From Lophium mytilinum (taxonomy: Eukaryota), in the NCBI GenBank assembly GCA_010093605.1, contig MU004187.1, positions 434,001 through 498,000 of the forward strand: 64,000 nucleotides of DNA, read 5' to 3'. Both the position numbers and the translations under genes were made by a program. Shown here one piece after another: positions 1-12,066 of the stretch (position 1 is the first letter of the stretch; each line of letters opens with the position of its first letter). The notes beneath the pieces are model-generated. The model made no database searches and was not told the origin of the DNA. It worked only from the letters and a program-made list of their open reading frames with translations.

Positions 1-805
1 GTTTTGGGACATGATGACATACAGACAGGAGTGCTCTTCTGGGCGCTGCGTAGGCTTTATATGGGTGGTTATCACGCCGCCACAGCCGTCGATCCCTGAA
101 GACGATGAGGAACAAGAGGGAGAGTCGCAGTCGCAATCTCAGTCTCAATCCCAGTCCCAAAACGACTCCCAAAGCACCCTCTTATCCCCCAAGAAGCCTT
201 CAAAGTCGCGCCGTCGAATATCCACCCGCTCTGGCCCAATCCCTCCCCGGCTCCCTCGCATAAAATCTGCCGTTTCCTCCCTCTCTAACCTCTCGTCATC
301 ATCGTCCGCTTCGAATGGCCAATCCCAATCTCGCCTTCCTCCTGAATCAACGCCATTCTATCACTGGCCCGCCACCTCGCGTGGCGACCTCCTCTTCTCG
401 CAAAAAGACTACGCCCGCGCCCTTGAAGTCCTTCTCCAGCAGAATCTCTCAACCCGCGCAGCGGCCGTACGGAGCTCCGGGGCATGGGTTAGGGAAGTAG
501 GCGTATTGGCGGGTGTAGGCGCAGATGGATGGGGGTGGCGCGTCGTGGGGCGCAAGGAAGGGAGTAGCACTGCAAACGGAGCTACAGGAGGTGCTGTGAA
601 CGTGCTGGGAGTGAGGAAGAAGAGGAGAGTAGATGAGGGTGGCGACAAGGGCGCAAAGAACGAGGAGGGAGAGGCAAACATCTTGGGCAGCGGTTTGGTG
701 CGGAAGAAAGTCAAGGTAATGGAAGATGGAGAGACGAGCGGAAGTGCTGCTGGAGTCGATGTTCTTTCCGCGGGGCTAGTCAGGAAGAAAGCCAGACCAG
801 CTTGA
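1..805 (+). CDS. RTT109: 3' part of histone H3K56 acetyltransferase Rtt109 (gene starts before the window)
   Basis: The frame is open from the window edge and reads FWDMMTYRQECSSGRCVGFIWVV. It continues DYARALEVLL...W...WGWRVVG and ends in repeated V(N/D)VL...VRKK tail motifs, as in filamentous-fungal Rtt109 C-termini. Confidence 0.8.
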   Translation, partial: FWDMMTYRQECSSGRCVGFIWVVITPPQPSIPEDDEEQEGESQSQSQSQSQSQNDSQSTLLSPKKPSKSRRRISTRSGPIPPRLPRIKSAVSSLSNLSSSSSASNGQSQSRLPPESTPFYHWPATSRGDLLFSQKDYARALEVLLQQNLSTRAAAVRSSGAWVREVGVLAGVGADGWGWRVVGRKEGSSTANGATGGAVNVLGVRKKRRVDEGGDKGAKNEEGEANILGSGLVRKKVKVMEDGETSGSAAGVDVLSAGLVRKKARPA

Positions 806-1875
806 TAATATGGAAGAGAGGCGTATGGCTTTGGGCTTCAATTTCGCATCGATTTGAATTGAAAGGGAAGCTTGCATAGGGTTTGCACAGGATTTGCATA
901 AGCCTCTGGGTTGCACGTCTTCTCCAATTGGGAGATGTTGACTGGATGCTAGTAATAACGACCTAATAAGAAAAGATTGTTTCTACGCAAAGCCCTCCCT
1001 GGATCTAAGATGCACATCCAAGTTGTTGTGATTCCCCTGAACAGTGATTGTTTCATCACGTGTTCGATATGAAGGCCCGTGCATTTGTGATATCGCGCTA
1101 TCATCCAACGGCAACTTCACTGATCAGCTTCTCTGAGTGGCGCTTGTAAACATCCCATAAACGCCGCCGAGCGGCTCGTGATGTTCTGCGGTCCTTCAAT
1201 CACTGGCCGCTGTCTTCAAAGCACCACTGCCGCAACCCGGGCTTGGCCAAAGCACTGGCCGATCTAGACATTCACGATCTCGATTCACGAACTGCACTCT
1301 CGATCACAGGCAACTTCTGCGGCCAAGGAATAGAGCGTCGCACTATGGCTAACAACGGCATTCTCAGGTGAGCAGAGAGGAGCTTGGTTTGCTCTCAAGG
1401 AAATGATATTCATAAATTCTCTCTATCAAAACGTTTGAAATGCGGATACCGCCAATGCTTGACTCTTTTTGGGAGGGTTTTTCTCCGTCAAATTCACTAC
1501 CAAGACTTAAGCCGTTGTCTAAGGCCGCTCGTTGCTATGCCGTCATCGCCGTGCAATTTCGTCCTCGCAGCCGGCGACTGCTCGAAGACGAAATATTCAC
1601 TGGCCACTGGGGCCCGCCGGAGCTGCTCTCGCGCCTCGAGTGGCCACCGCCATTGAATGCTCTTCGCGTCCCCCTCGCATATAAATACCACCTCCTCCTC
1701 TAACGAAGACACACTTTCACATCAACAACTACGCCTACCCCCAAATCAGTTTCCACCGCCAGCTGCCCCCAAGCAGCCAACAACCTCAAAACTGTCCTGA
1801 CCGTCACACTACTTGGTTTTGGCTGCTCGCGCCACCTTCGCCTATCCTTCAGCCAGCTGGAAGATCGCTTCCGTC

Positions 1876-4381
1876 ATGGCACCTTCCTACGGTACTATGA
1901 AACCTGTTGAGTTACGGTCTCGACTACGACAGCGCGGCCTTCCGGAATACGGGCGCAAGAAAGACATGGTGGAGAGACTGATGGGCTCAGATCTTGATCC
2001 CCGAGCTGCTCGACGTAAGGCTAGGGAGAACAATCGTGCGACGACTGCTGCTGCGCCGACACAGCGATCTCGTAGGAGCGGCACCCTACCGAAGCAACTC
2101 ACCGCACGAGATTCTAGCCCCGCCCAGCTTCCCAACATTGCAAGCCCAAACATGCCGTCAACATCCCCATCCACTGACGTTCGTGAGACCCAGCTCGGTA
2201 GATTCACCGGTATGTCGTTCTCTTACTAAGGACAATGGATCTTCGCCCGCAATAGCCTCCCAGGCCCCTTATAATTCAATGCGCATCCTTCACTCACTAC
2301 ACTCCATCACGATAGCTTGCCATCAATACACCCACTCACTCGCTTCTAACTTTGATATCTCTTTGTACACTATGTGCTGACTTGAGGTTTCAACAGCAGC
2401 AGCCCCCGGAAATTCTTCCGAAACTCTTCCGGACAACGCGCTCGCCGGCACCGACTCAAATCCCATCGTGCTGGGAGCGGATGATGAAGAGGGGGACTCT
2501 GAAGTAGAGTACGTCAGCACTCCGTCTCGGTCTAACGAAGCGCGCAACGTGTCTGATAAGCACTCTGCCTCCCCCGCTGCAGAGCGCCTGGCTCCAGAGT
2601 CTCATTCTTCCCCTTGGCACAGCCACCACGGCGGAACCTCGCCCTCGGATGCGGGACAAGACGTCGAACCACCTAAGTCAGCAGCTGACCTAGCCCAAAA
2701 CCAACTCGTGGCTGATCACGAGGCTCAAGGTGAGGACTCTGAAGAAGTTAGCAGTAATTCGGATACCGAGTCTCTTTCTGGGGAACCTCAAGGATCCCAA
2801 GCTGCTTCTCCGCCTCCCAACGCTGCACCGGATGTCGCTCCCGCTCAACATCGAGCCGTTGTTCAAGTGCAAACCGGCAATCTAGACGGAGGAAACGCAC
2901 CACATCAAGGAACAAAATCGACTTGGCCGAATAGTGGGGTTCAGGGAGCAAAATCTCTCCAGCCTAAATTTGGTGGACACTTTCCGAGCCCCGAGGCTGC
3001 CCATGATTGGTATGAAGTAAATGTCGCACAACTAAGCCAATGGATGCCCCCATCCCCGCCCGATATGGTGGACCATGTAGAGCAACAGACACTGCCTTTG
3101 GTGAAGTTCTTTTACTATGCGTTCACTAATACAGGCGACTTTTTTGATAACCAGACAAATTTTGGTCGCAAGAACTGGGTGCTGAGGGCGAAGTATACCT
3201 CAGAGATGATTGAGTCAGCGTGCTTTGAGCTGGTCAAAGAGGTCATCGAGCTTCATCGATATGGATTCAAAGGAGGCGCGAAGTACGACTTGACCGCGGA
3301 CCGACTGAAGAAGCTCGCTAACCAGGACCGCAACTTGGATATTGAAGACCGCATTATGGTCATCTACGTCGCGCTCTATCACTGGAAGATTATATGCGAC
3401 GAAATGGTGACCCTGCCACCCGGAGACAGGGATCGCAAGCGATTCGTCAGCGCTCCTGCGTTGTACTTTCGTCGCAAAGGAGAGAATCAACACAATAACA
3501 ATATCAAGGCGCAGAAGCACACCGTTACGAGGCGGAACGCAGGGGAAGAGGAACCCGAAATTCCTCTAGAGCGACTTCAGAATCCAGATTTGAGCAAAGG
3601 ACGACGCGACGCACAATCACTCGGTTTCACTCTCTTCAAGGACAATTCAGAGGTTACCGAGTTGATTCAGTCGGTCAATCGGGCGCCGCGAACTACCTTA
3701 AAGGCCACTCAGAGTTCCCCATCAACAAACGCGCTGAGCATGCCACAGCACGCTTTAAAGCGCCGGAAGCTAAATTCTGCCAATAGGCTACCTGTTACCG
3801 TTCCCGCCACCCCACGACTGAACCGTGGGCATCCACTCCAACAAGTCTCACTTGCTTCTCCTGAAGCGACAGGTCCGATAGCTCAAGGAGAAGGCGAGGG
3901 TTCAAACCGTCTGGCACCCTCCCAGCGAGCCGGCCGCCCGTCTCCTTTTGCTCCCGCAGGGTTCAACGATGAAGTCGAAAACTACGTCAATGATGATGGT
4001 GAGGCAGGTGATGAGGATGACGACGGCTCTACGAACACGCTTCCTCGTCCGTCTTATTTGTTCGACCCATATGAGAATGACAGCGTTGGGCTCAGCTCGA
4101 CTCTGCCCCGTGCCACTGCTCATCAGGCAAATCACCCGAACCGCCTGCTTCGTCCTAGTCTCCCAAACATGGCCCATCGATCGCCTGGACCACAATTCTA
4201 CAGGAACTCTAACGCGTTGTTCAATACTCGCGCATCAGGCGCTCCTACCTCGAGGCCTAATTATGCCATGGGGTTCAGTCGTGCTGCGGCTCTCCAAGAC
4301 CTGTCAAGAATGTCGCAGGCGGAGATCCTCTTATATCTTGAGCTGGCGGAGCGTGAACGAATGGGCTTTGGCCGACAATAG
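1876..4381 (+). CDS. SAP-domain protein (about 772 aa) with a central uncharacterised domain; exons 1876-2209 and 2397-4381
   Basis: The N-terminus YGTMKPVELRSRLRQRGLPEYGRKKDMVERL fits the SAP consensus. A GTATGT...GCTGAC...CAG intron (2210-2396) joins it in frame to the 637-aa ORF. Confidence 0.75.
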
Positions 4382-5134
4382 GCATTGAATGGCTCCCGCG
4401 CTCAATGTTAGGCTTTCGTATCCGGCCTCGAAGCATGTGGAGACGTTTTCCTTCTTCAAAGTCACTAAGAACGTGTATTCATCGATGTTCCGGACCGGCT
4501 ATGAATGTCTGCATCAACGACCCCAATCCCCTTTCACATCACTCATTACCTTCATCAAGCCCAAGATTCATGTTCTAGACCCAAAAACAATACTGTCGAT
4601 TCTTCACCGTGTACAACACTCCCGGGATCCCGCTTTCAGGGGTGGGTGTACAGGTCCATCAGGTAGATATCCTATTTTGTATTTCGAAGACTCTGGATTT
4701 CAAGAGAGCGTCCTAGACCGTTTCAGTCTCATGGACATAATAGGCGGGCAGGTGCACGCTGGATATCACATGCAAGACAACCGATACTCTCCAGATCTGG
4801 CCATCGACAACTTCGTTGACGACACTCAACAAGGAATCTGATAGCCGGATTGGTAGGATTGGTTTGCATTAATCTCTCTTCTTTCCCTACATTTGTCTTT
4901 CATCCCCCAAGCGATTTGCTTTTCACAGAACAAAAAACCCCGTAGATACCCTCGTAGGTAGTTTTGAACTAGAAGTCTGAGAATCCCATTCCCTTCTATC
5001 CAAGTGAATCTGTGACTGTACCCCATCTCACGAGTCCTCCATGGCCCTGCTAAAATTGGAAACCAGCAATCCGCCAACCTGAACTTCCCTCTAGTCGAAG
5101 CGCTGGCACTCCACCAGAATTTTCGAACCAACTC

Positions 5135-5320
5135 TTAGTGCCGATCTGTAAATCGCATCAACACCCTCGGACAATAATCGCAGCCTCGGTGCCCGCAACG
5201 GCATGCAGCGCCCTCAATGAAGCTGGTCAATACCATGGTGTCAACGAAAGGACATCGGCAGCAGGTGTATAGGCAGATGTGAGTACCCAGGCTGGGCTCT
5301 TGGGAGGTGAGGAAGGGCAT
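5135..5320 (-). CDS. Small Cys-rich, putatively zinc-binding protein (61 aa)
   Basis: The ORF carries the pattern YTCCRC-x16-CRCGHRGCDYC, and a TATAAATA lies upstream on the minus strand (about 5483-5490). Confidence 0.45.
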   Translation of the reverse strand: MPFLTSQEPSLGTHICLYTCCRCPFVDTMVLTSFIEGAACRCGHRGCDYCPRVLMRFTDRH

Positions 5321-6593
5321 GGGTATTCGGTACTGGGCTCTGACGCCGCGGAAAGAAGAAGGTTATGGGTGGTGTCGACGGGGTGGAGCGAGAGGCTTGA
5401 AGATGAGGCTGGTAGCTGACGCTTGGAGATAGGCTTGTGGGGTTTCTTGACGTCTGCAGATATCGTGAAGTTCATGATATCGTATTTATAGGGTAGATGT
5501 TCCTGGACCGTGGAAGGTGAAGTGGGCAGCTGTCGAGCCGTGTGGACTGGATTGACGTGGCATCTACGGCAAGTGTATGAGCGTTGTCATGTCTAGATAG
5601 TTACTCATACGCGACGTTTCACAGTGGTTTCTATGTTAAAGTAAGTGCCAGGATAAAGATGATGCTTTTCGTTTATCGCGTGATCCGTTCAGCGATTTGA
5701 AAAGACTCAGAGGTGGATAGGGGCGTTGGTTACACTATAGGTGATTTGCAGGATACCTCTTTCACGATTAAATTTCCATGGAGAATACGTAGCGGAGCCT
5801 TTACAGCGCCGAACGGTGGACTTACAGGCACTCTTCACATCCAGCGACTTCGCGTTCTGGCGTAACCCTTTCGCCGACTTGCATACTGATCGGTCAAAAC
5901 CCCTTTACTACTTCCCACAGACGTCCTCAATTATTTATCTCAAAGGGTACTTTTGGAGCTTGATTGTTCCGCTAGAACCTATGGTGACTTGTGATGCTAC
6001 CAGGTAGCAATATTGAAGACACTTACGAGGTGTTTTGCGCAAAGCTTTTAGTACAGCAGTCTCTGGTATGGCCTAGACGTATCAAAATATGTGTTTATCC
6101 TCCTAGGTGCTAACCCCTGTCATAGAAAGTTAGGAATTTCGCTTTTTCTTTTCGCGAAAAATACCCCCGTTTCAGGGTGTAGTACGGCCGTACATAGTCG
6201 CCCGTAGAGTGCTCCATAAGAACTAGCCCAAATCTATTAAACACATTGGCGTTTTCGCTTTATAATCAGCTGATCATAACCATTCTTATCCATTAGCGGC
6301 ACAAATCCTAGATATCAGGACGGGCACTAAGCATCGCTAAAAGGCGTGCTAACCACCGTTCGTATAACAGATTTGCCGCCTGGCCCAGCTTGATAATCAC
6401 CCAATCAAATCTTCGTGCGCGAAATGCTCGCCCTGACTAGCTAAACTCCGAGCCCCACAATAGCTATCGCGCAACCTCTGTCTAGCAGATCTCGAAGACA
6501 TCATAGCTTTAGCATTGATCATCAGTGATTCGTTCAAGGAGGAAGGAACATACGTTAAGCTCGCTAGGTACTCCAAAGTCTCCACATGGGGTC

Positions 6594-6671
6594 AAGTTGG
6601 CCGATGGAATCTAGAACTATAGGCGGCGAAGTTGGCCGACGACCCTACCTATAGGCGGGCAAATTGGCCGA
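6594..6671. repeat. Short degenerate tandem repeat (period about 32-35 bp) upstream of the SDR promoter
   Basis: AARTTGGCCGA occurs at 6594, 6629 and 6661; CTATAGGCGG occurs at 6617 and 6649. Confidence 0.75.
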
Positions 6672-6918
6672 CGAAATCAACAAAGCACACTCTCGGACGT
6701 TGACCCAGAGGAGTAAAGGCGTTAGACCACTTAAACGCCGAACATATATTTTCCCTGATTTCTAATTGCTGCCTAGGGAAAGCTTCCTGCTATATAAACG
6801 GAGGGAACTCGCTATAGAGACGATACAACCAAACCATCTCATCACCTTCTCTCATCTTAACCACCAGTTTCAAACCTTCTACTCTGTCATCCCATTCAAT
6901 CTTCTCAAACACACCAAA

Positions 6919-7890
6919 ATGCCGTCCTACCTCATCACCGGCACCTCTCGCGGCCTCGGCCTCGAGATGGCCTCGCAGCTCTCCAAAAACAGCGAAAACT
7001 TGATCTTCGCAACCGCCCGCGGCGCTCCGACGCCAGCGCTCCAGAAGCTCATTGATGGCTCCTCCGGCCGTGTCGTCTACGTCCAGCTCGATGCCGAGAA
7101 AGAGGAGAGCATCAAGAGCGCCGTAGTTCAGGTCGAGAAGCATCTGAACGGAAAGGGTCTGGACATCCTGATCAACAACGCGGGCGTGATGCCGTTCGCG
7201 CTGAATGGGGTAGCTACTATGTGAGTAACATGCTCCGCAACGATTGAATTCGACGACGTGTGTGGGGAAAAGCTAACGAGCTCTCGAATCACAGGGACAA
7301 CCTGAGCTCCACCTTCTCCACGAACGTGCTCAGCGTGCACCTCGTCACGAGCGCTTTCATCCCTCTGCTGCAGAAGGGCACGGAGAAGAAGGTGTTCAAC
7401 GTGTAAGTCCCCCTCCTCCCGTTTGCTAGAGACTAACAAACTCATGCTACGGGAAGTTCTACCACCCTCGGCTCGATAGCCCACGCCGCGACCTACCGCC
7501 AGATGCCCGCGCCCGCTTACGCGGTCACGAAGGCGGCGCTGAATATGTTGACAGTGCAGTATTCTCTGGGGTATGAGGATCAGGGATTCACCTTTATTGC
7601 GCTGACTCCCGGGGTATGTCGCACTCCTTCTCCGTTTTCTTCCAGCTACGTTCTGGTAGTGAAGTGCACGTCATTGGAATGGAGCTAATAAGTAATTATA
7701 GTGGTTGAAAACCGATCTCGGAGGCGATGCGGCAGATTTGCCTGTGGAAGTAGGTGCGGAGGCGACGCTGAAGATTGTGCAGGAGAGGGGGAAGGAAGAC
7801 ACGGGGAAGTTCATTAACATCAAGGTGGCTGGGTGGGAAAAGGCACCGGGACGAATGAACTACTATGATGGAGAGGAGGTTGCTTGGTAG
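6919..7890 (+). CDS. Short-chain dehydrogenase/reductase (CsgA/C-factor-like); exons 6919-7220, 7295-7402, 7457-7613, 7702-7890
   Basis: Motifs are TGTSRGLG (Rossmann), DILINNAG, YAVTKAALN (YxxxK) and PGWLKTDLG. Introns are canonical and a TATATAAA lies at about 6791. Confidence 0.93.
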
Positions 7891-8013
7891 AGGGTTGGCC
7901 GGGTTGAAATCGAGAGACAAAAGACTGAGATTGACTTATGATAGGTAGAAGTACATATATGTAGGAAATAACCCGAGAGTGGAGTCTGCTTGCAAAGCTT
8001 GTATTACCGACAG

Positions 8014-9673
8014 CTAGTGGTCCAGAACAGCGTCTCCAGGCGTGAAAGTAGACCAAAACACTCTCTTAGGCTTACACTGCCCGTATTCATCTTTTTCACA
8101 GTCATCATCCGGCTCTATCAGCTCCCACAAGTCCATATTGGCTGTGTTTAGATTGTTCATGGCAGACGTAGGGCCATAGTCATCCAGCGAAGTTCTACCG
8201 TATCCATATCCGAGGAATTCCGTCACCGAGTAGGATGGAGAACGTGTTGTACAGCCGTTTGCAGAGGCTACAATGACGCTGCAGTCACCCGGATTCCATT
8301 TTTCGGTGTCGTCCTCTTCTTGATCAGGGAGCGTGCTGAGCGTCTCTTCGTCGACTGCGATAAAGATATGAGGAGGCTCTTCGTAATGTCGGAATTCTGC
8401 TGACTCAAAATAGCGGACTAGACTTTCTAAGGTACCATCACCATTAGGAACCGTTATGAACTGGAACTCGCCTTCCTCGTTCATCAGTACATCACGAACG
8501 GCACGTATTTGGTATTCAGTTGTTGGCCCTAAAAGAAATACAGGGTATGGTTCTCCTGTGACTGAGTTAACTCCTGACATGGGTGCGTTTAGAGAGTAGC
8601 CTAGTACCAACGATAGTAGGAACATCGGGGTTCCCAACCACCTCGAAAGTCCACAGCTTCCTATTGACACTCTCGTTCTCGCGGCACCCGTTATTTGTTC
8701 CGCGGCCGGTCGGATTCCAGGCACCTTTCCAAATAGTGATCATATCATCTGATTTCAAATTGAAGAGTCTCATGATGTTTCCGTATCTTGCCTCATCTAA
8801 CGATGCTCGACGACGGTCCACGACAATAACCTCGGGCTTTCTGTCCAGGCCGTGGAGGTGGGTGCAGTCAATGAAGAAGCCAAAGACTTGTTCGTAGGGG
8901 GCGGGGAACTCTTGCTTGACTTGATCGAAAATGCGCCACATGTCGACTCGTGAGGCTGGGACCGCGTCTTTGGGCCAATTGTAGATCTGAACTGGTTCTA
9001 GAAGAGGATCAGAACCAATTTCGCTCTTGAGGGCTTCAATCTCGGCGTCGGATAGATGAATTAGAGATATCAAAACCGTTGAGGATGCGCTTAGTTTCAT
9101 GTTCGGAGGGAGATGTGTCGGGAAATCCCATTGTACGGCATTCAACTTCGAGACGACTTCCCAGCCTTCATCCGGTTTGTGTGGCCGCAAGACTCGACAC
9201 TCTTCGGGTACGTGCTGTGGGAATAGAGAGATTTGCCGCAACCAAATGTCTGAGATGGTCAAGTTTGCCCGTCTGGCCGGAACACGTGCAGCCTCCAGCT
9301 CCCCACTCCACCAGTGGTCTATGGGTGAGCTTTTGAAGGAGTTTGTAATAATGACCGTGTTATCCCTAAGCGTCTGAGCGTCCACGAAGATGGCGCTAAT
9401 TTGTCTATGCTCTGAGATATCAAAGACGATCGAAACGGGAGGGTCGTAATTTCGAATCCAGGGTACGACTTCCATGGGTCTCGGATCGACGTTTGGTCGA
9501 CCCTCCCATTCATGATCGATGGCATTGAGTTCTTCCAGAATAGAGGTGCGTTGCTCTTCTGTGGTCTTGACGAGACAAAGGACAAAGAGAGTGCATGTGG
9601 ACTTTCCAGTGACTGGGTCCCGCTTGGAGAACCTTGACGTAAGATGCGGAAACTCAAATTCGAACTTTCCCAT
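8014..9673 (-). CDS. Uncharacterised protein of about 535 aa with three internal repeats; predicted intron 8556-8607
   Basis: Two overlapping ORFs join in frame through a 52-nt GTACTA...TTAAC...CAG intron. The motif hydrophobic strand-(T/S)EEQ helix...(I/F)xVDxxTL recurs three times. Confidence 0.65.
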
Positions 9674-10410
9674 GACGACCGTATCAAAAGACCGATGAAG
9701 AAGAACGTGGAAAAGCGAATAAGTATCCGCTTGGAGAAGAATTGGACCGTCGAGGAAGCCGAGAAGCTAGTCACGTGCTGGTATCAGCGGACAAGCTGCG
9801 TAGTATCCTTCGTTACCGCTTTAGATGATGGGAATGCAGGTTGCGTAGGACGTATGAAGTTTCTTTTGTATCTGGATGAGGTGTGAGAGATGAAATGGTT
9901 CCAGGTCGCAAGGAGCGTCGTCCGTAGGCACCAGGCCGAGCACGGACGGTTTAACGCTATCAAGGCTAAAGGGCCGACCTCCCCTGACTCTAAGCTCACT
10001 ACTCTGCATCCCTCATCATATGAACCAACCTCTTGCACTCCCATTGGAGATGTACAAAACACAACCTCGAGACCTCAGGAACAGCCAAGAAGCCACGTCT
10101 GCGACGAGGACGGCATCGCGAGATGCTGAATACCCGAGTGCCGGTGGTGGCTGAACGCTAGGCTCAGGCCTTCGCGAATTTGGGCCAGACTGCTGCGTTC
10201 TGTAGGCGCCAGGGCGCTATTCGTACGGAAAGGCGAATGCCAATACTTGGCAAACATGAGACGTGAATTTAGGGAGTGGCCTTTTCCCTCTCGCCGCGCC
10301 TTGTTTTTGAAAAACTCCACCACGCTTTTCATATCGCGAAGTTAACTTTAGGCACTGGTACCCAGAGATCTAGGCATCAAGAGTTACACCTTCGAAAACA
10401 GAAGCGACTC

Positions 10411-11874
10411 ATGCTGTTCATTCGCCTGCTCTTATGTGCAGGAGTCCTCGGCACAGCAGCAACCTCACTGGTGGGGCGGAAAGGTGATCAGCATCGCTGT
10501 GGCTTGGCGTTTGGGAATAAGACCTGTGATGCCATATTTGGACGTTGTTGTTCGAGCTACGGGTGTGTACTTGGAGTCCTTCAAAGAGCAGTCATTGCTA
10601 GTATGATTAAATCTTATCGGCCGGCAGTTTCTGTGGAAAATCGGACCAGCATTGTTTAATAGATAACGGCTGCCAAAGCGGATGTATTGTCATTGGTACG
10701 TTTTCTGGTCTACAATCGCAGTATCTTCACTCAACACCGACAGTCACGAACGCGACGATACTACTCCCATGGAGCTGGACCGTGAAGCCGGAGACTGAAT
10801 ATGCGGCCAAGCACCCATGTCCCAGTGTTGCTAACATTCTAGTAACATTTGCTGCTATCAACGTGATATCTGGCGCACTAAGTACCGTGTTCGGCCATCG
10901 CTTAGTGGTAAAGAAGATCACATTTGGTTTGTTCGGCAAAAGAGGGGGAAGATCCTACATTTATATGTGGATCATGCCATTTGCATTTCAGCTGGGAGCA
11001 AACGCCCTCGTTGCAAATATGATCCAGCGAACTACAGGGTACGGGCACGACTTCACCATCGCGCAGCTGATGTTCTTCTTTGCCGCGCGGCCAAGAGTGT
11101 CCTGGATTCTGGTCATGTTACTGTCTGGCATCAGCAAGCGGAAGCTGGCGAAAGGACAAGCGGAGCAAGATGACCAACCTCTTCTGGACAGATCGTCCTC
11201 CGAGTTCAATGCCATACCACTCGACGATGTGAAGGACGTCTCATACTCCAACGTAGAGTCATTAGTAGAGGACCACGATAGCGAGCACCGTCAAGCCCAA
11301 CAACGGGCAGAGCCAGTGTACGAGGATGACTACTACTGGAGGAACGCGGCCCTATCTCAGTATTTCGCCGAACTCGCCTTGCAAGCTATCACACTATATT
11401 ACATGAGCAAGACCGTCGTCTTTGCTTATAAGCGCGGATACTACGATCCAGGCAGTCTTCCAGGACCAATGGGCCACAGTGCACGTATCATGTATGCTGG
11501 TGCGCTATTCTGGCTATGCGCACAGCTATTCGTCTATCTAAGTGCCCCAACGTTCGTTTTCATTTTAGTAAAAGAGGGTGGTGGGACAATGATGGTGTCG
11601 AAATTGATGCAGATGCTTGGTACGCTTCTTGAAGAGCGACGTCTGGTGCCAGTGCTGACCTTTTGAAGGAAGTGTACTTGTTGTGACTAGCTGGTTGGCC
11701 TCGTGGCTCTTTTGGGCTGGCTTCGTGCGGCTTGCTGGAGATTTGTAGGTCGTCAGGTCTCGATATATAGCCAAGCTAACGTGAAACAGATATTGTCCAC
11801 CAAAATTGGTCGAACAAGGCGCTATATGGAGTGCTTTCTCGAGCCTTGGCATGATAGCAGGTGTTGGTATATGA
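10411..11874 (+). CDS. Signal peptide + hevein/CBM18 chitin-binding domain + multi-pass membrane protein; exons 10411-10562, 10628-10695, 10744-11619, 11669-11744, 11790-11874
   Basis: The spliced product has RCG...TC...CCSSYGFCG...HC...GCQSGC (8-Cys hevein pattern). Several hydrophobic helices follow, ending in SWLFWAGFVRLAGDLYCPP. All junctions are in frame. Confidence 0.8.
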
Positions 11875-11921
11875 GTAACGTGTGTACAGACAGTGTCCAA
11901 CGACCGTTTGCAGCATGGCCT

Positions 11922-12066
11922 TACAGTACCAGGTCATAACTTCGGGCGCGTGGATATCTCACAGCTCTGACTTTACTCTTGCCCGACTGACACCACTGTG
12001 GGGGTGCCCCAGGCAGCAAGTTGCACCCTCGTCAAAAGGTAGTCTGGTTTCCACTGCGTTGACCTT
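11922..12066 (+). repeat. Dispersed repeat, copy A
   Basis: Aligns by eye with copies at about 27891, 39097, 43578 and 46932 (reverse); the shared core is ACACCACTGTG..GGGTGCCCCA. Confidence 0.85.

Noticed and set aside
4389..4841. 150-aa ORF right after the SAP gene
   Set aside because: No motif or codon-bias support; likely 3'UTR or intergenic.
5700..6590. TA/CTAG-rich intergenic stretch as a RIP-mutated transposon
   Set aside because: Suggestive only; no TE motif or termini recognisable without a search.
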